Shown here: positions 62,801-64,000 of the stretch, piece by piece | How the letters are laid out: the number at the start of each line of letters is the position of its first letter | Position numbering within the stretch: position 1 is the stretch's first letter | NCBI RefSeq assembly: GCF_000143415.4 | Contig: NW_003314371.1 | Span: forward strand, 265,380 to 329,379 | Source: Selaginella moellendorffii | Lineage: Eukaryota; Plantae; Lycopodiophyta | Length of the DNA stretch: 64,000 bases | Reading direction: 5' to 3' | Made by a program: the position numbers and the translations under genes | The notes under the pieces: generated by a model | Told to the model about the DNA's origin: nothing | Seen by the model: the letters and a program-made list of their open reading frames with translations, nothing else | The model's database searches: none

Positions 62801-64000
62801 CTGGAATGGGATGACGTGTGGCAATCTTGGCCCCAGACGATAGGTCAAATTCAAAGAAATCAAAATACTCCTTCATGAGCTGGTCAATAGCTGCAACACA
62901 AAGATCATCAGAGGGATCGGAAAAGGGAAGAGCAGAACAAGATGGAAACACAAGAGGAAATAGTGGGGGAACAAAAGTAATGGAAGCAGAGGTAGAAGTA
63001 AAAGGACGAAGAGGTATGGAAATGAGAGGAATGAATGAAACATGAGGAAGTATGAAACAAGGGGGAGAAGCCTGAAAGTCACACTTGGCATGATTGCGCT
63101 GCAACCAATCCATACCAAGAATGAGGTCAAAAGCTTGACTCAGCACTACCTGCAACGACTGCAACTCAAGCTCGAGATCGCCCACATGCACAACCAGGTC
63201 CGCCTCATCTCGTGCACATGCATGGGTACGGCCGTTGCCATAAAGAATGAAAACTGGATCCGCCGCACGACGCAAGTGTAGACGACAACGTGTAGCAACA
63301 GGTCGAGCAATAGAAGATAAACTCGAACCTATATCAACCAACACAGAAAGAAGAATAGGAGACCTTGTGTTATAAAAATGAGCTTGGAAAGTAAACACTG
63401 GATGAACCGGTGCCGAGTGAACCCCTTGATGATACTCCCGAAAGAAAGATGGAGGGGTCACTAACTTATTCGCGCAAGGTCCCTCCGTTACTCGCGCGAC
63501 TCCTCATTTCCCGGATGCACCTCGGTATCCAAACCTTCCACCGCAGCAGCACCAACGGGACGTTGCTGACGCCAAGGTCTCCACCCAAGAAAGGGAGGTC
63601 GCCAATTCGGAAAGCGCCAACAACACCAATAAGTATGACCAACTTCATCACATGCCCAACAACAAACATCACGGCCACGACTATGTCCTCGCCCATGTCC
63701 TTGGACTCGAGTAGAGCAGCATCAACCTTCATTGGAACAGGACCATCACTCATAGGAAGGGGAGCGGAAGGATGTGTAGTGAGATGTGGAAGAGGCGACG
63801 TCTCATAACGTTGTGCCAAGCGAAGAGCATCGTCAAAGGTGGCAGGAGCAAGTGCATGCACAAGTCCGACAAGATCTTGATGAAGTGCTAGCCACAACGT
63901 TCCTAGCTTGATCCGCTCCGACATATTAGGCTCCGCACGAAGCAAAAGACTTCGGAAACGAACACCAAATTGCATCACCGACTTAGATGACCCTTGGCGA
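59818..64000 (-). mobile_element. Ty3/Gypsy LTR retrotransposon (gag-PR-RT-RH-IN, 3' LTR 59818-59991); 5' part outside the window; inactive
   Basis: gag PVPMKVD and CWACDEVGHTYWCC zinc knuckle; protease LVDIGSS; RT FTKLDLASGYWQV, MPFGLNNAPATFQ and FIND (mutated YxDD); RNaseH VDASD and NYSTTKKECLAAVW; integrase with WKGPY motif; PPT at 59992-60005. Stops and frameshifts present. Confidence 0.95.

Overview
Eukaryotic land-plant nuclear DNA, most likely a lycophyte such as Selaginella. This is an inference from the 50-60 nt introns, very tight gene spacing and single-DUF26 receptor kinases. The first 28 kb is gene-dense and mostly housekeeping: an OSBP/ORP gene, a divergent ubiquitin E1, a LEA_2-like gene, an ABCC transporter, an adenylate-kinase-like/CaMKII-hub fusion, a UGT, a PLS-PPR, tRNA-Val(CAC), a secreted single-DUF26 protein, tRNA-Glu(CTC), a clavaminate-synthase-like dioxygenase and a peroxisomal MDAR. 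From 28 to 55 kb lies an all-minus-strand immune cluster. A three-gene unit (single-DUF26 cysteine-rich receptor kinase, then an EDS1/PAD4-family lipase+EP-domain gene, then a TIR-NB-ARC-LRR gene) is tandemly duplicated and flanked by two further CRK genes. The lipase-EP and TIR-NLR copies carry inactivating lesions, while three CRKs look intact. The cluster also holds a decayed Ty3/Gypsy element with a nested TRIM, and a LINE fragment. A better-preserved Gypsy of the same family occupies the window end. The most notable signal is an EDS1-family EP-domain gene physically linked to a TIR-NLR and a surface kinase in what appears to be a seed-free plant. All homology calls come from recalled motifs, not database searches, and exon boundaries are approximate.
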